64,000 nucleotides of DNA from Planctomycetota bacterium (lineage in GTDB: Bacteria > Planctomycetota > GCA-002687715 > CAIWVZ01), in NCBI GenBank assembly GCA_044222185.1, contig JBGANV010000001.1:256001-320000 (forward strand). The letters are read 5' to 3'. Positions 9,344 through 19,228 of the stretch are shown one piece after another. The position numbers were made by a program, and so were the translations under genes. Each line of letters opens with the position of its first letter. The stretch's first letter is position 1. Below the pieces are notes generated by a model. That model did not search any database, was not told where the DNA came from, and was given only the letters and a program-made list of their open reading frames with translations.

Positions 9344-12300
9344 GTGAAAATGATTGGGATCGAGAGTGCTCGCGGGTCGCGTTGGGTGCGTACGAGTTTG
9401 CTGCTGGGGCTCGCGGTCATCCTTCGGGCCGAGGCCGTCGCCCAGGTCGCGCCGGCGGCCGTGCTCTTGGCGCCCGTGGCCATCGCCAGCGGTGCCGTCG
9501 GCAACCCCGCGCCTGGAACCCAGGTCGTCTGGTCCCAGACCGTGTCGATCCCGGGTGCGGCGACGATGCAGCTGCGGTTTGCGAACGTCAGCCTGCCGGA
9601 TCCCGCTGACGCGATCGTGGTCACGGGCGCTCTGGACGATCAAACCCAGGAGCTTCATGCCGACACCCTCGCGCAGTGGGGGAGCCGGAGCGCCTGGTTC
9701 AACGGGGACGTCGTCACGGTCTCCTTGTCCATCGCGTCAGGCTCCGTCGGGTCGGCGACGATCGTCGACGCGCTCGCCGTCGCTGGAACTCCCATTCCGG
9801 CCGTCGGGACCGACAACCAGTGCGGTCCGACCGACGATCGGACCTTGAGCAGCTCCGCTGCGGTGTTCCGGCTGATCCTCACCGACGGGACTTCGGTGGG
9901 CGGGTGCACGGGAACCGTCGTCAACAATTCCAACGTCTGCATCTCTGCCGGGCATTGCTTCGCCGCTTCTTCGCCGCTCACCGGGGTCGCGCAATTCAAC
10001 GTTCCCATGTCGAGTGGCACCGGCGTCATCAATGCTCCGCCGATCCAGCACCAATACCCGGTGGACATGAGCACGCTGCAATCCGAGAACGCGGGGGTCG
10101 GGTTGGACTGGGCGGCGTTCCGCCTCCACCCGAACAACTTGGGCCAGACGGCGTTCAGTCAGCAGGGCGCGAGGAATGCCGTGGCGACCACGATCCTCCC
10201 GGGGACGACGCTGCGCGTGACTGGCTACGGCACCGACACGACGCCCAACGCCACCTTCAACCAGGTCCAACAGACGGCCACCGGGCCGTTCGTCGGTTTT
10301 CTTGCGAACGTGATGACGTACCAGGTCGACACGGAGCCGGGCGATTCGGGCGCGCCAATCATTCGTGAGGCCACGGGCGACGTCATCGGAATTCACACGA
10401 CCGGTGGCTGCAACACTCCCGGGGCGGTGAATTTCGGAACGGCCATGTCCTACGCAGCGATCACGACGGCCATAGCGTCACTCACCGGCTGCGCGACGAC
10501 GAACCTCCAGAACAACTTCCCGGCGCAGTTCTTCTGCTGGACGCAGCTCTTCGTCGCCCCGACGAACGCGAGTCGATGGAACGTCGTCGCCGTCGGCAAC
10601 CTGCCCGGCGCCGATTGGGACGTGCAGGTGAACGGCGTCTTCTCCAGCTTCAACGGCAACTTCGCCGACTTCGTCATCTCCAACGGACATCTGGGAAGCG
10701 GGACCGCACCCGTCATCGGGTCGGCAGGTCACACGAGCGGCGCGAACGGCGCCGTACTCGAGTTCCAGGAGGCGGTACCAATCTTCCTTGGGTTGCCGAC
10801 GACCGTCACCTGGAACCCTGCGGGCGTCGTCGAGCTGTTCGAGTTCAACGTGACCATTCCGGGGACCTACAACATCTTCACGCACGGCGACGCGTCGCTG
10901 TTCTGGGACCTGTACGACCCGGGCTCGGGCTCCGAATGGCGTCCGCGAGGGGCGTCCGTCTATGGCCAGGTTGGCGCCGCGCCGGCCCTGGGAGTTTCGC
11001 TCAGCGCCGGATGGCACTGCCTCGTCGTCGTACGGGACCCGGGCCCTGGCCCGGTCACGGTGTCCGATCTGACGGTCGCGGTGTACCGAGCGAGCAACCA
11101 GTTGAACGTGAACCTCGTCGCGGGCGTGCCGGCGGGATCGGATCAGGCGTCGCTCTCCAGCACCTCGCGGTTCAGCCTGACACCGACGGCCGGAGTCTGG
11201 AATGCCGTCAGCGCCGCGTCGGCCGCATCGGATTGGAGCCTGTCGTTGGGCCCGGTGACGTCGCATTTCCCTCAGCCTTACAGCGACTTCGTCCTGGCGA
11301 ACGGGCACCTGGGCGCCCTCTCGCCGACGGACGGCCACGTCGATCGTGCGACAGGCTCCACGAGTCGCGTGCTCGAGCACGTCGTCGCGTCGGCGCTGAC
11401 GCCGGGCAACGTCGTCGAAACGTCGCTTCCCGCGGGCCACGTGATGGCGCTTTGGGAGTTCAACGTCCCGGCGACGGGTAACTACACGCTCTCCGTGCAA
11501 GGAAATCCGGGCCTCCTCTGGGACATCTACGGCCCCGGCACCGATGCGAGCTGGCGCCCGCGTGGCGCGATCTTCTACGGCACCGTGGGCTCATCGCCCA
11601 TGACGGGTGTTTCCTTGAGTCCTGGGGTCTGGGCGTTGGCCATCATTCGCGACGGCGGCGTCTCGACGAACGCGTTGCCGTACACGATCGACATCTGCCC
11701 CAGCGCGGCTCCGGTGGACTTCCCGCAGACCGGCGGACTGGTGTCGTTCAGCGGTCCGTGCATTCCCTTCATCATGCATCCGACGCCCGCGTCGGGCGCG
11801 AAGTGGAACGTGGTCGCCGTGGGATCCACGGCTTCGAACTGGGATCTGTCGATCGGTGCGGCGCTCGCGCACACGGGTACGGGCACGGACACCGAGTACG
11901 CGATCATGAATGGTCACAACGGACTGCCGTCCGTGTGGGAGGGGATGTTCTCGCGTCTCACGGGCGGAGCTTCCGCCGTCGGTCAGCACGTGAACGCGCC
12001 GACTCTCGCCGTCGGCGCCACGCTCTCGACGTCGCTGCCCGCAGGCGCCATCGTCGCCATGCACGAGTTCAACGTGACGGCGGCCGGCAACTACGACGTG
12101 GCGTTGCCCGGCGGTGCCGGTCTCACGTGGGATCTGTACGCGCCTGGCACGACGTCCGACTGGCTTGGTCGCGGCGGGTCGACGAACGTGACGTTCGGCG
12201 CGGTCGGCGGAGCTCCGCAGGTCGTCGCGCTCGGCGTCGGATGGCATGCGATCGTCGTCGTGAAGGATGGCGGGCCGTCAGCATCTTCGATTCCCTACTC

Positions 12301-14767
12301 GGTCTCCGTCTGCGCGAGCGCGACCACGCTGGCCTTCGGTTCTGGCGGCGGAGTTCAGTCCACCACGAACGCCACGTGTCAGCCGTTCACGATCACGCCG
12401 ACGTCCAACGCCTGGAACGTCGTCGCCGTCGGGGGTGGCGGCAACTGGGACATGAGCCTGGGTACGACTCAGAGCGCGTCACCCACGAACAACACGGATT
12501 TCGTCATCGCGAACGGACACAACGGCGCGATCGCGCCCACGTCGGGTGTCGTGACCAAGGCATCAGGCGCCGCGTTCGGCACGGTTCAGGCTGCGCCGGC
12601 AACACCGCTGACGATCGGCATTCCCCACGTCTCCACGCTTCCTTCCGGCTCGTTGATCGCATTGAGGGAGTTCTTCATTGCGTCGTCGGGTGTGTATCGA
12701 GTGACGACGGCGGGGGATCCCTCGCTGATCTGGGACATCTACACACCGGGTTCCGGCTCCAGTTGGATTCCGCGCGGCGCCCCGTTCTTCGGAACGCTCG
12801 GCAGCGCCACGCAGACTCCCACGCTCGGCGTCGGTTGGCACGCGATCACGGTCACGAAGGACACGGGGCCGGCGACGGCGCCGATGGCGTTCTCGCTGAC
12901 GATCTGCCCGAACTCGACTCCGCTGAATTTCCCCGCGGGGTCGGGTTCGGGGAACGTCACGACGAACTGCGCGCCGTTCACCGTGACGCCGACTGCGAAT
13001 CGGTGGGTGGTTGCTGGAGTCGGAGGGTCGACGTCGGATTGGAACATCGGCGCAGGCCTGGCGTACTCGCAGCGCGCGAACCCCGACGTGGACTTCGTCG
13101 TGGCCAACGGCCACAACGGTGCCGTCGCTCCCACGGAGGGGCTGGCCGTGCGTGCGTCCGGTGCGACCGCTGCGCGCGTCCAGGTGGCGACGGCTGCGGC
13201 ACCGGCAACGGTTCCCGCCACGATCCCCACCACCGTCGACGTGGTCGGCATCGTCGAGTTCACGATCCCGACTGCGGGCGTGTATGGGATCTTCGTCAGC
13301 GGCGCCCCGATACACACCGGGTTCGTCTTCGCCCCGGGGACGACGTCAGGGTGGCTGGCGCGAACCCAGTCTGCTGCGAGTTTCGTCGCGAATGCGAGCT
13401 GGCATTCGCTCACGTTCGCCGCCGGGACCTACGCGCTCGTGATCGTTCCCGATCAAGAGTCGACGGCCTCGCCGTTCTCCGTGAACGTGTCGATCGCACC
13501 CGAGAACCCGACGCCGACGGTGACGACACTGACGCCGAACTCCGCGCCCGTCGGCAGCCCGAACCTCGCGATCACGCTCTCAGGGACCGGGTTCTTGTCG
13601 TCGAGCATAGTGGCCTGGAACTCGACCCCGTTGTTCGCGCCGACGTCGGTCACGAGCACGAGTCTCACGGCGACGATCCCGGCGTCGTACCTGGCAGCGG
13701 TCGGTACGGCGTCGGTTTCAGTCTTCAACTCTGGCCCCGGCGGCGGTGAGTCGAACCTGCTCACGTTCACGGTGGCCAACCCCGCGCCCGTTCTCGCATC
13801 GATCACGCCGTCCACCACGACCACCTGCCCTGCGCTGACGACGCTGGGCCTGACCGGTTCGGCGTTCGTCGCCGGGAGTGTCGTCTCGATCGACAACGTC
13901 GCCGTCGCGACGACGTTCAACGGTCCGACGAGCCTCACGGCCAGCGTGCCACCGGCCGTGGCGTCGAGCGTGGGGCCGCACCAGATCACGGTCCAGTCTC
14001 CAGGCCCGGGCGGGGGGACGTCGGCGCCGCGGACGCTGACGATCGAGCCACTGAAGGTGCTTTCGGCCAGCCCGTCGAGCATGGCGGCGCTCGGACCGGC
14101 ATCGCCACCCATCACGATCCTCGTGACGGTGAACGCCAATCCGAACACCGTGGGGACGAACATGACGGTCTACGCGGGAGGCGCGGCCCTGGCGACCTCG
14201 CCGGTGGCCAACTCGAACTTCCTTCAGGCGGTGCTTGGACCGACCGTGGTCCAGGCGCAGATGCCGGGCGCACTCGCCATCGCAGTCCGGGGCTGTGGCA
14301 ATCAGTCGTCGAATGCCGTGCCGCTGCGCGTGGGCGCCGGTGGCTCCGCGAACAACCAGGGGCTGGTGGGACATCACCCACTCGCCGACCCGCTCGTCCC
14401 CGGCGCACCCTTCGACCTCGTGATCGAAGGCGGGGTCGTCGGCCAACCGTTCGTGCTGGACATCGACCCGGGCAACCCGCCTCCGCAGACCGGCTGGCCG
14501 AACGCCACGGCCAACATGGTGTACGCGCTCGGGTCGCCGGCGGAGCAGGTGATCCTGGACGGGCTCGGCTTCGTCGGACCACCTATGCCGTTCGCCGTGT
14601 TTTCTCCCGGCGGGAGCACGGCACCCGGCGGAGTCTTCGTTCTCCCGTCCATCGTGGCCCCGAGCCCTGCGGCGGGAGTCACCTTCACCATGCAGTGCTT
14701 CTTCCTCGATCCGGCGAGCCCCGCGGGATTCCGACTCGGGTGGCCACGTTATCTCATGGGGATCTGA
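9344..14767 (+). CDS. Large secreted trypsin-like (S1) serine protease with five internal repeats, IPT/TIG domains and shared C-terminal module
   Basis: Signal peptide; triad motifs SAGHC, LDWAAF, PGDSGAP; five ~200 aa repeats; NPxPxxxxxxP Ig-like IPT/TIG starts. Start may be ATG 9350. Confidence 0.85.
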   Translation: MKMIGIESARGSRWVRTSLLLGLAVILRAEAVAQVAPAAVLLAPVAIASGAVGNPAPGTQVVWSQTVSIPGAATMQLRFANVSLPDPADAIVVTGALDDQTQELHADTLAQWGSRSAWFNGDVVTVSLSIASGSVGSATIVDALAVAGTPIPAVGTDNQCGPTDDRTLSSSAAVFRLILTDGTSVGGCTGTVVNNSNVCISAGHCFAASSPLTGVAQFNVPMSSGTGVINAPPIQHQYPVDMSTLQSENAGVGLDWAAFRLHPNNLGQTAFSQQGARNAVATTILPGTTLRVTGYGTDTTPNATFNQVQQTATGPFVGFLANVMTYQVDTEPGDSGAPIIREATGDVIGIHTTGGCNTPGAVNFGTAMSYAAITTAIASLTGCATTNLQNNFPAQFFCWTQLFVAPTNASRWNVVAVGNLPGADWDVQVNGVFSSFNGNFADFVISNGHLGSGTAPVIGSAGHTSGANGAVLEFQEAVPIFLGLPTTVTWNPAGVVELFEFNVTIPGTYNIFTHGDASLFWDLYDPGSGSEWRPRGASVYGQVGAAPALGVSLSAGWHCLVVVRDPGPGPVTVSDLTVAVYRASNQLNVNLVAGVPAGSDQASLSSTSRFSLTPTAGVWNAVSAASAASDWSLSLGPVTSHFPQPYSDFVLANGHLGALSPTDGHVDRATGSTSRVLEHVVASALTPGNVVETSLPAGHVMALWEFNVPATGNYTLSVQGNPGLLWDIYGPGTDASWRPRGAIFYGTVGSSPMTGVSLSPGVWALAIIRDGGVSTNALPYTIDICPSAAPVDFPQTGGLVSFSGPCIPFIMHPTPASGAKWNVVAVGSTASNWDLSIGAALAHTGTGTDTEYAIMNGHNGLPSVWEGMFSRLTGGASAVGQHVNAPTLAVGATLSTSLPAGAIVAMHEFNVTAAGNYDVALPGGAGLTWDLYAPGTTSDWLGRGGSTNVTFGAVGGAPQVVALGVGWHAIVVVKDGGPSASSIPYSVSVCASATTLAFGSGGGVQSTTNATCQPFTITPTSNAWNVVAVGGGGNWDMSLGTTQSASPTNNTDFVIANGHNGAIAPTSGVVTKASGAAFGTVQAAPATPLTIGIPHVSTLPSGSLIALREFFIASSGVYRVTTAGDPSLIWDIYTPGSGSSWIPRGAPFFGTLGSATQTPTLGVGWHAITVTKDTGPATAPMAFSLTICPNSTPLNFPAGSGSGNVTTNCAPFTVTPTANRWVVAGVGGSTSDWNIGAGLAYSQRANPDVDFVVANGHNGAVAPTEGLAVRASGATAARVQVATAAAPATVPATIPTTVDVVGIVEFTIPTAGVYGIFVSGAPIHTGFVFAPGTTSGWLARTQSAASFVANASWHSLTFAAGTYALVIVPDQESTASPFSVNVSIAPENPTPTVTTLTPNSAPVGSPNLAITLSGTGFLSSSIVAWNSTPLFAPTSVTSTSLTATIPASYLAAVGTASVSVFNSGPGGGESNLLTFTVANPAPVLASITPSTTTTCPALTTLGLTGSAFVAGSVVSIDNVAVATTFNGPTSLTASVPPAVASSVGPHQITVQSPGPGGGTSAPRTLTIEPLKVLSASPSSMAALGPASPPITILVTVNANPNTVGTNMTVYAGGAALATSPVANSNFLQAVLGPTVVQAQMPGALAIAVRGCGNQSSNAVPLRVGAGGSANNQGLVGHHPLADPLVPGAPFDLVIEGGVVGQPFVLDIDPGNPPPQTGWPNATANMVYALGSPAEQVILDGLGFVGPPMPFAVFSPGGSTAPGGVFVLPSIVAPSPAAGVTFTMQCFFLDPASPAGFRLGWPRYLMGI
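10545..13500 (+). repeat. Five diverged intragenic ~600 bp (~200 aa) repeats
   Basis: Units begin near 10545, 11170, 11767, 12385 and 12977 with F..xPT...WNVVAVG...(D/N)WD...DFVxxNGH(L/N)G...EFNV...WDxYxPG...WxPRG...GWH; unit 5 is the most degenerate. Confidence 0.85.
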
Positions 14768-14911
14768 TGCCGGGTCTCGATCGCCGGTGCGGCGCGCGAT
14801 CGGACGGTCGTGGCCGGCGCTGCGACGGCCGTCGGACGCCCACGGTCAGGGGGGCTGCGGGCCGTCCTCGGCCGCGGCCCTCGCGTTCCTGTGGTAGAAA
14901 CGTCCCCACGC

Positions 14912-15553
14912 ATGAGCGTGGGAGTCGACAATTCGAGCCCGGATGGCGTTCCCGGGAATACCCGAGGCCGCGGCGCGCACGACCTCGCCGCGGTCGTCGC
15001 CACGATCACCCGATCGGGCGATCGTCTCTGCGCCGACGACATCCTGCCTGGGATCTATGCCGAGCTGCGACGCCTCGCGGCCGCACGACTCGCGCGGGAA
15101 CGCGACCCGAGGAGCCTCACGCCGACGGCCCTCGTTCACGAGGCCTATCTGCGCGTCGTCGCCGGACTCGGTGGCGTCGAGCCTTCGTGGAATGGGAAGG
15201 GCCACTTCTTCGCCGCGGCCGCGCTCGCCATGCGACGGATCCTCGTGGAGCGGGCGCGGCGCAAGCGGCGTGCGAACGATCCGGTCACGGTGTCGGGACT
15301 GGCGGCGCCAGATCCAGCGGAGGGGTTCGGCGGCGAGCGTGGCATCGACCTCGTGAGCCTCGACGAGGCGCTGAAGCAACTCGAGCGGGTGGACAAGCTC
15401 AAGCACGACATCGTGATGGCGCGGTACTTCGGCGGACTCACCGTCGATGGCGCGGCCGAGGTGCTGCGCATCTCGCCGTCGACGGTGAAGCGGGAGTGGA
15501 ATTTCGCTCGGGCGTGGCTTCTCGTTCGGATGGACGGCGAGGAAACGACGTGA
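14912..15553 (+). CDS. ECF sigma factor, TIGR02999-like (kinase-associated)
   Basis: IYAELRRLAAARLARER..SLTPTALVHEAYLR...HFFAAAALAMRRILVERARRK...STVKREWNFARAWL; start uncertain (14810-14918). Confidence 0.9.
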   Translation: MSVGVDNSSPDGVPGNTRGRGAHDLAAVVATITRSGDRLCADDILPGIYAELRRLAAARLARERDPRSLTPTALVHEAYLRVVAGLGGVEPSWNGKGHFFAAAALAMRRILVERARRKRRANDPVTVSGLAAPDPAEGFGGERGIDLVSLDEALKQLERVDKLKHDIVMARYFGGLTVDGAAEVLRISPSTVKREWNFARAWLLVRMDGEETT

Positions 15554-15583
15554 CGCGAATGCCGGACTCGCGCGAGGGTCATC

Positions 15584-18500
15584 ATGGGCCTGCGTGACGA
15601 GGAGGCGTTGTTCCACGAGCTCGTGGACCTCGCGCCCGAAGCGCAAAAGGTCCGCCTGGAACTCATCGACGACCTCGCACTTCGCGACCGACTGATCCGG
15701 CTCCTGCGTGCGTTCCGGAGCGAGGCGCTTCCCGACCCTCTCGGAGTCCCGCTCGAATGGCTGGGTGGAGACCCGGCTCCGCTGATCGGTCGATCCATCG
15801 GCGAGTATCGGATCGAGAGACTGCTCGGCCACGGCGGCATGGGCTCGGTCTACGTCGCGACCCAGGAACACCCCCGCCGGCGCGTCGCGTTGAAGGTCAT
15901 CGGGGCTGGCGTGCTCTCGCCGTCCGCGCGTCGACGGTTCTCCACCGAAGTGCAGGTGCTCGGCACGCTCAAGCACCCCGGGATCGCGCAGATCTACGAA
16001 GCGGGCGTTCACGATCTCGGGGGTGCGCCCCTTCAGTGGTTCGCCATGGAACTCATCGAAGGGGAGAGCCTCGTCGACTTCTGTCGGCGTCACGCGTGCG
16101 ACCACCGCCGGATCCTGGAGTTGTTCGCGCAGGTCGCGGAGGCCGTGGGGCACGCCCATGCGCGGGCGATCGTGCATCGGGATCTGAAGCCGTCGAACAT
16201 CCTCGTGGAGTCCGCGTCGGTGGATCGACCGGACCTCTCGGGTCGGGCGAAGGTCCTCGACTTCGGCGTGGCGAAGTCCATCGCGGAGCACGATGCGGCC
16301 GGCGCGACCGCAACCGGTGGCGTCGTGGGGACTCTCCAGTACATGAGTCCCGAACAGGCCGCGGGTCGACCGGACGTCGATTGCGCGAGCGACGTCTACT
16401 CTCTTGGCCTCATCCTCTTCGAGCTTCTGGCCGGCCGGCGAGCCTACGAGATCGAGGGACTCTCGTTCTCCGCGGCCGTGCGGGTGGTCACCGAGTCGCA
16501 ACCTCCGACGGTCCGGCGTTTCGACCGTGACGTGCCTGGCGACGTGGACGTCATCCTTCGCAAGTCGATGGACAAGGAGCCGGAGCGCCGCTACCCGAAT
16601 GCGTCGCACCTTGCAGCCGACATCCGCCGGTATCTGTCGAACGTGCCGATCACGGCGCGGAGTCCCACCGTCTTCTACCTCGCGTCGCGTTTTGCTCGCC
16701 GGCATCGGGCGCTCGTCATCGGCTTCGCGGCGACGGCTCTCGCGCTGGCGATCGGTGCGGCCGCGACCTGGTCGAAGGCCGTCGATCTCGATCGCGCACT
16801 CGAGAACGTCGCGGTCGAACGCGGCGTCAGCCGGCTGCGCGGATACGTCGGGTTGATCGCGACGGCCGATGGAGCCCTGGGCAACGGGGACGTGCGGGCC
16901 GCGCGCGCGGCCCTGGACGCGGCGCCGCCGGAGCTGCGGAACTTCGAATGGTGGGCGTTGTATCGACGGCTCGATCAGAGCGTTCGCACGATCACGCCCG
17001 GGCGGCCGACCTTCGGGCTGTTTGGCATGGCGGCGAACGGGAGCCAGATCTGCGGCGTCGGACCCAAGAATGGGTTACGCCGCTGGGACGCGGCGTCGGG
17101 AGCCGAGCTTTCGACGCTGCGGCCCGCGGTGGGTTCGATCCACGCCTGGGCGTCGGATTCCACGGGGCGGAGGTTCGCGTTCCTCACGGCCGAGCGTCGC
17201 GTGGCGGTGAACTCCGAGGATTCGGCGGAGGGCTCGCGCGAGATCCTGGGCCCTCAGCCCGACCTCGAGCAGATCGCGTGGCACGGGGACCGCATCGTCG
17301 TCGCCGGGGCGACGCGCGCGCTCGAGATCGACCCGGCCGCCGGCGCCACGCAGCGCCCACGCGCCATCGATCTGTCCGGTGGACTGCTTCTGCGTCTGAG
17401 CCCATCGATGGGTTGGATCGCCGTGCTCACGCCGGACCGGCGGTGGGAGGTCCGAGACGACCGCGGTGCGGTCGTGTTGTCCGACCCCACGTCGACGGGG
17501 GTGGCGCGCTACGCATGGTCTTCTGATGGCCGCATCTTCCTCGTCATCGACGGGGACGGCCGTGGTTCGACCTGGAACCTCGAGACGAGGCAGCGCGTGT
17601 CACGCGTCGCCCTTCCCGCCGAGCCATTCGCGTTGGAGTGGGTCGTGTGTCCCTCGGGTCGACAGGTCGCGTGCGTCGGGCCCAGCCAATCGATTCGCGT
17701 CTTCGACACCGCCGTGCTCCAAACGGCGGGAACGCGGTGGCTCGGGCACCGCGACGTCGTGGTCGGTGCGGGGTACTCGCGCGACGGATCGCTGTGGACG
17801 GCGTCTGGTGACCGGACGTTCAAGCGATGGCCGGCCTCGGGCGCGGACGTCATCTCGGGAACCGCCGGGACGGTGCAACCGGCGGACGGATCACTCGTCA
17901 CGGTCGGGAGCGACGGTGCCATCACACGATACGAGGATGGCGAGAGCCGGCTCCTCGCGCGGCTTCCGCAGGATGTTCGACCGTTTCTCGCGAGGCTGTC
18001 GCCCGATGCGAGCCACGTGTTCACGATCGGGGCGCCACGGCAGTCGGCGGCGGTCGTCTGGTCCGTGGATGGGCCACGACGCCTGCGGCAGCTCTCGATG
18101 CCGAGTGACTTCACCGCGTTGACTTCCACACGGGTGATCGAGTGGGACAGAGTGTCGTCGCTCTCGTCGTATCGATTGGACGCCCCGGGCACGCCCGAGT
18201 GGACGAAGCCCATCCAAGGCGCCTACCTCAACGCCGCGGCCGTCGACGCCACCGAGTCGTCTCTCGGTTTCGGTCTCGCAGGCGGCGCCTTCGTCGTTCT
18301 CGACGTGGCGACGGGCTCGGTCGTCCGAGCCTTCCCCGGCGTCGGGGGCGCGGTCACGGTTGGCTTCGCGTTCGATCGCCCGTCGTCTCGCATCGCCGTC
18401 GCGTACTCGGACCGGCTGATCCGCATCTGGAACCTGCGCACCGGGACGATCGACATCGTTCTGGAGGGCCACTCCATGGAGGTGTGCGGGCTCGCGTTCA

Positions 18501-19228
18501 ACGACGACGGAACGAGGCTCGCGAGCGGATCGCCGAACGGCGCCTTGCGGCTTTGGGATACGCGTACGGGTGCCTGCGTCCTGAACGTGCGGCGCGGAGT
18601 CTCCATGGACGAAGGCCTTTCGTTCTCCGCCGATGGATCGCGATTGATCGGACGCGATCTCGCCGTCGGCGACGCGTGGGTGCTCGACGCCGGATCGGCG
18701 GCCGAGCGTCGCGTCCTGCGACGGCTCGACGAGGTGTGCTCTCCGTCGAAGGTTCGCGCGGCCCTCGAGGCCGACGCGATGCTTTCGCCCGACGAGCGGG
18801 GCCACTCGATCGAATGCCTCTCGCGTGTGGGGCATGACGCTCAGCGGTTGAACGACGATGCCTACGCGCTCTGCAACTGGGGCAGCGCCACGCCGGGCGA
18901 GCACGAGCGGGCCTACGAGCTGGCGGCGGCTGCGGTCGAACTCGCGCCGAACGCCGGCTGGTTCCTCAACACCCTCGGGTGTGCACAAGTGCGCACGGGG
19001 CGATTCTCCGAGGCCGTCGCGACACTCGAGCGGGCAGTCGCCCTCAACGAGACGATGCAGTCGGACTTCGCGTTGCTCGCGATCGCTCAGGCGAGGTCAG
19101 GGCACGTCACCGAAGCGCGCGCCGCCCTCGAGCGGGCGCGTTCGCTCGTCGGTCTCGGCGCCAGCGAGGTGGCACTCCTGATGGAAGCCGAAACCGTGGT
19201 GGGCGCCCCCGTCAGCGGCGGGCGGTGA
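15584..19228 (+). CDS. Ser/Thr protein kinase with WD40 repeats and C-terminal TPR
   Basis: LGHGGMGSVY, VALK, HRDLKPSN, DFGVA, GTLQYMSPE; hydrophobic segment; GH...WD repeats; TPR FLNTLGCAQVRTGRFSEAVATLERA. Confidence 0.92.
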   Translation: MGLRDEEALFHELVDLAPEAQKVRLELIDDLALRDRLIRLLRAFRSEALPDPLGVPLEWLGGDPAPLIGRSIGEYRIERLLGHGGMGSVYVATQEHPRRRVALKVIGAGVLSPSARRRFSTEVQVLGTLKHPGIAQIYEAGVHDLGGAPLQWFAMELIEGESLVDFCRRHACDHRRILELFAQVAEAVGHAHARAIVHRDLKPSNILVESASVDRPDLSGRAKVLDFGVAKSIAEHDAAGATATGGVVGTLQYMSPEQAAGRPDVDCASDVYSLGLILFELLAGRRAYEIEGLSFSAAVRVVTESQPPTVRRFDRDVPGDVDVILRKSMDKEPERRYPNASHLAADIRRYLSNVPITARSPTVFYLASRFARRHRALVIGFAATALALAIGAAATWSKAVDLDRALENVAVERGVSRLRGYVGLIATADGALGNGDVRAARAALDAAPPELRNFEWWALYRRLDQSVRTITPGRPTFGLFGMAANGSQICGVGPKNGLRRWDAASGAELSTLRPAVGSIHAWASDSTGRRFAFLTAERRVAVNSEDSAEGSREILGPQPDLEQIAWHGDRIVVAGATRALEIDPAAGATQRPRAIDLSGGLLLRLSPSMGWIAVLTPDRRWEVRDDRGAVVLSDPTSTGVARYAWSSDGRIFLVIDGDGRGSTWNLETRQRVSRVALPAEPFALEWVVCPSGRQVACVGPSQSIRVFDTAVLQTAGTRWLGHRDVVVGAGYSRDGSLWTASGDRTFKRWPASGADVISGTAGTVQPADGSLVTVGSDGAITRYEDGESRLLARLPQDVRPFLARLSPDASHVFTIGAPRQSAAVVWSVDGPRRLRQLSMPSDFTALTSTRVIEWDRVSSLSSYRLDAPGTPEWTKPIQGAYLNAAAVDATESSLGFGLAGGAFVVLDVATGSVVRAFPGVGGAVTVGFAFDRPSSRIAVAYSDRLIRIWNLRTGTIDIVLEGHSMEVCGLAFNDDGTRLASGSPNGALRLWDTRTGACVLNVRRGVSMDEGLSFSADGSRLIGRDLAVGDAWVLDAGSAAERRVLRRLDEVCSPSKVRAALEADAMLSPDERGHSIECLSRVGHDAQRLNDDAYALCNWGSATPGEHERAYELAAAAVELAPNAGWFLNTLGCAQVRTGRFSEAVATLERAVALNETMQSDFALLAIAQARSGHVTEARAALERARSLVGLGASEVALLMEAETVVGAPVSGGR

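Noticed and set aside
2063-15579. CGCGCGAGGGT present both upstream of the first ECF and between the second ECF and its kinase
   Set aside because: Only two copies of a GC-rich 11-mer found post hoc, in non-equivalent positions
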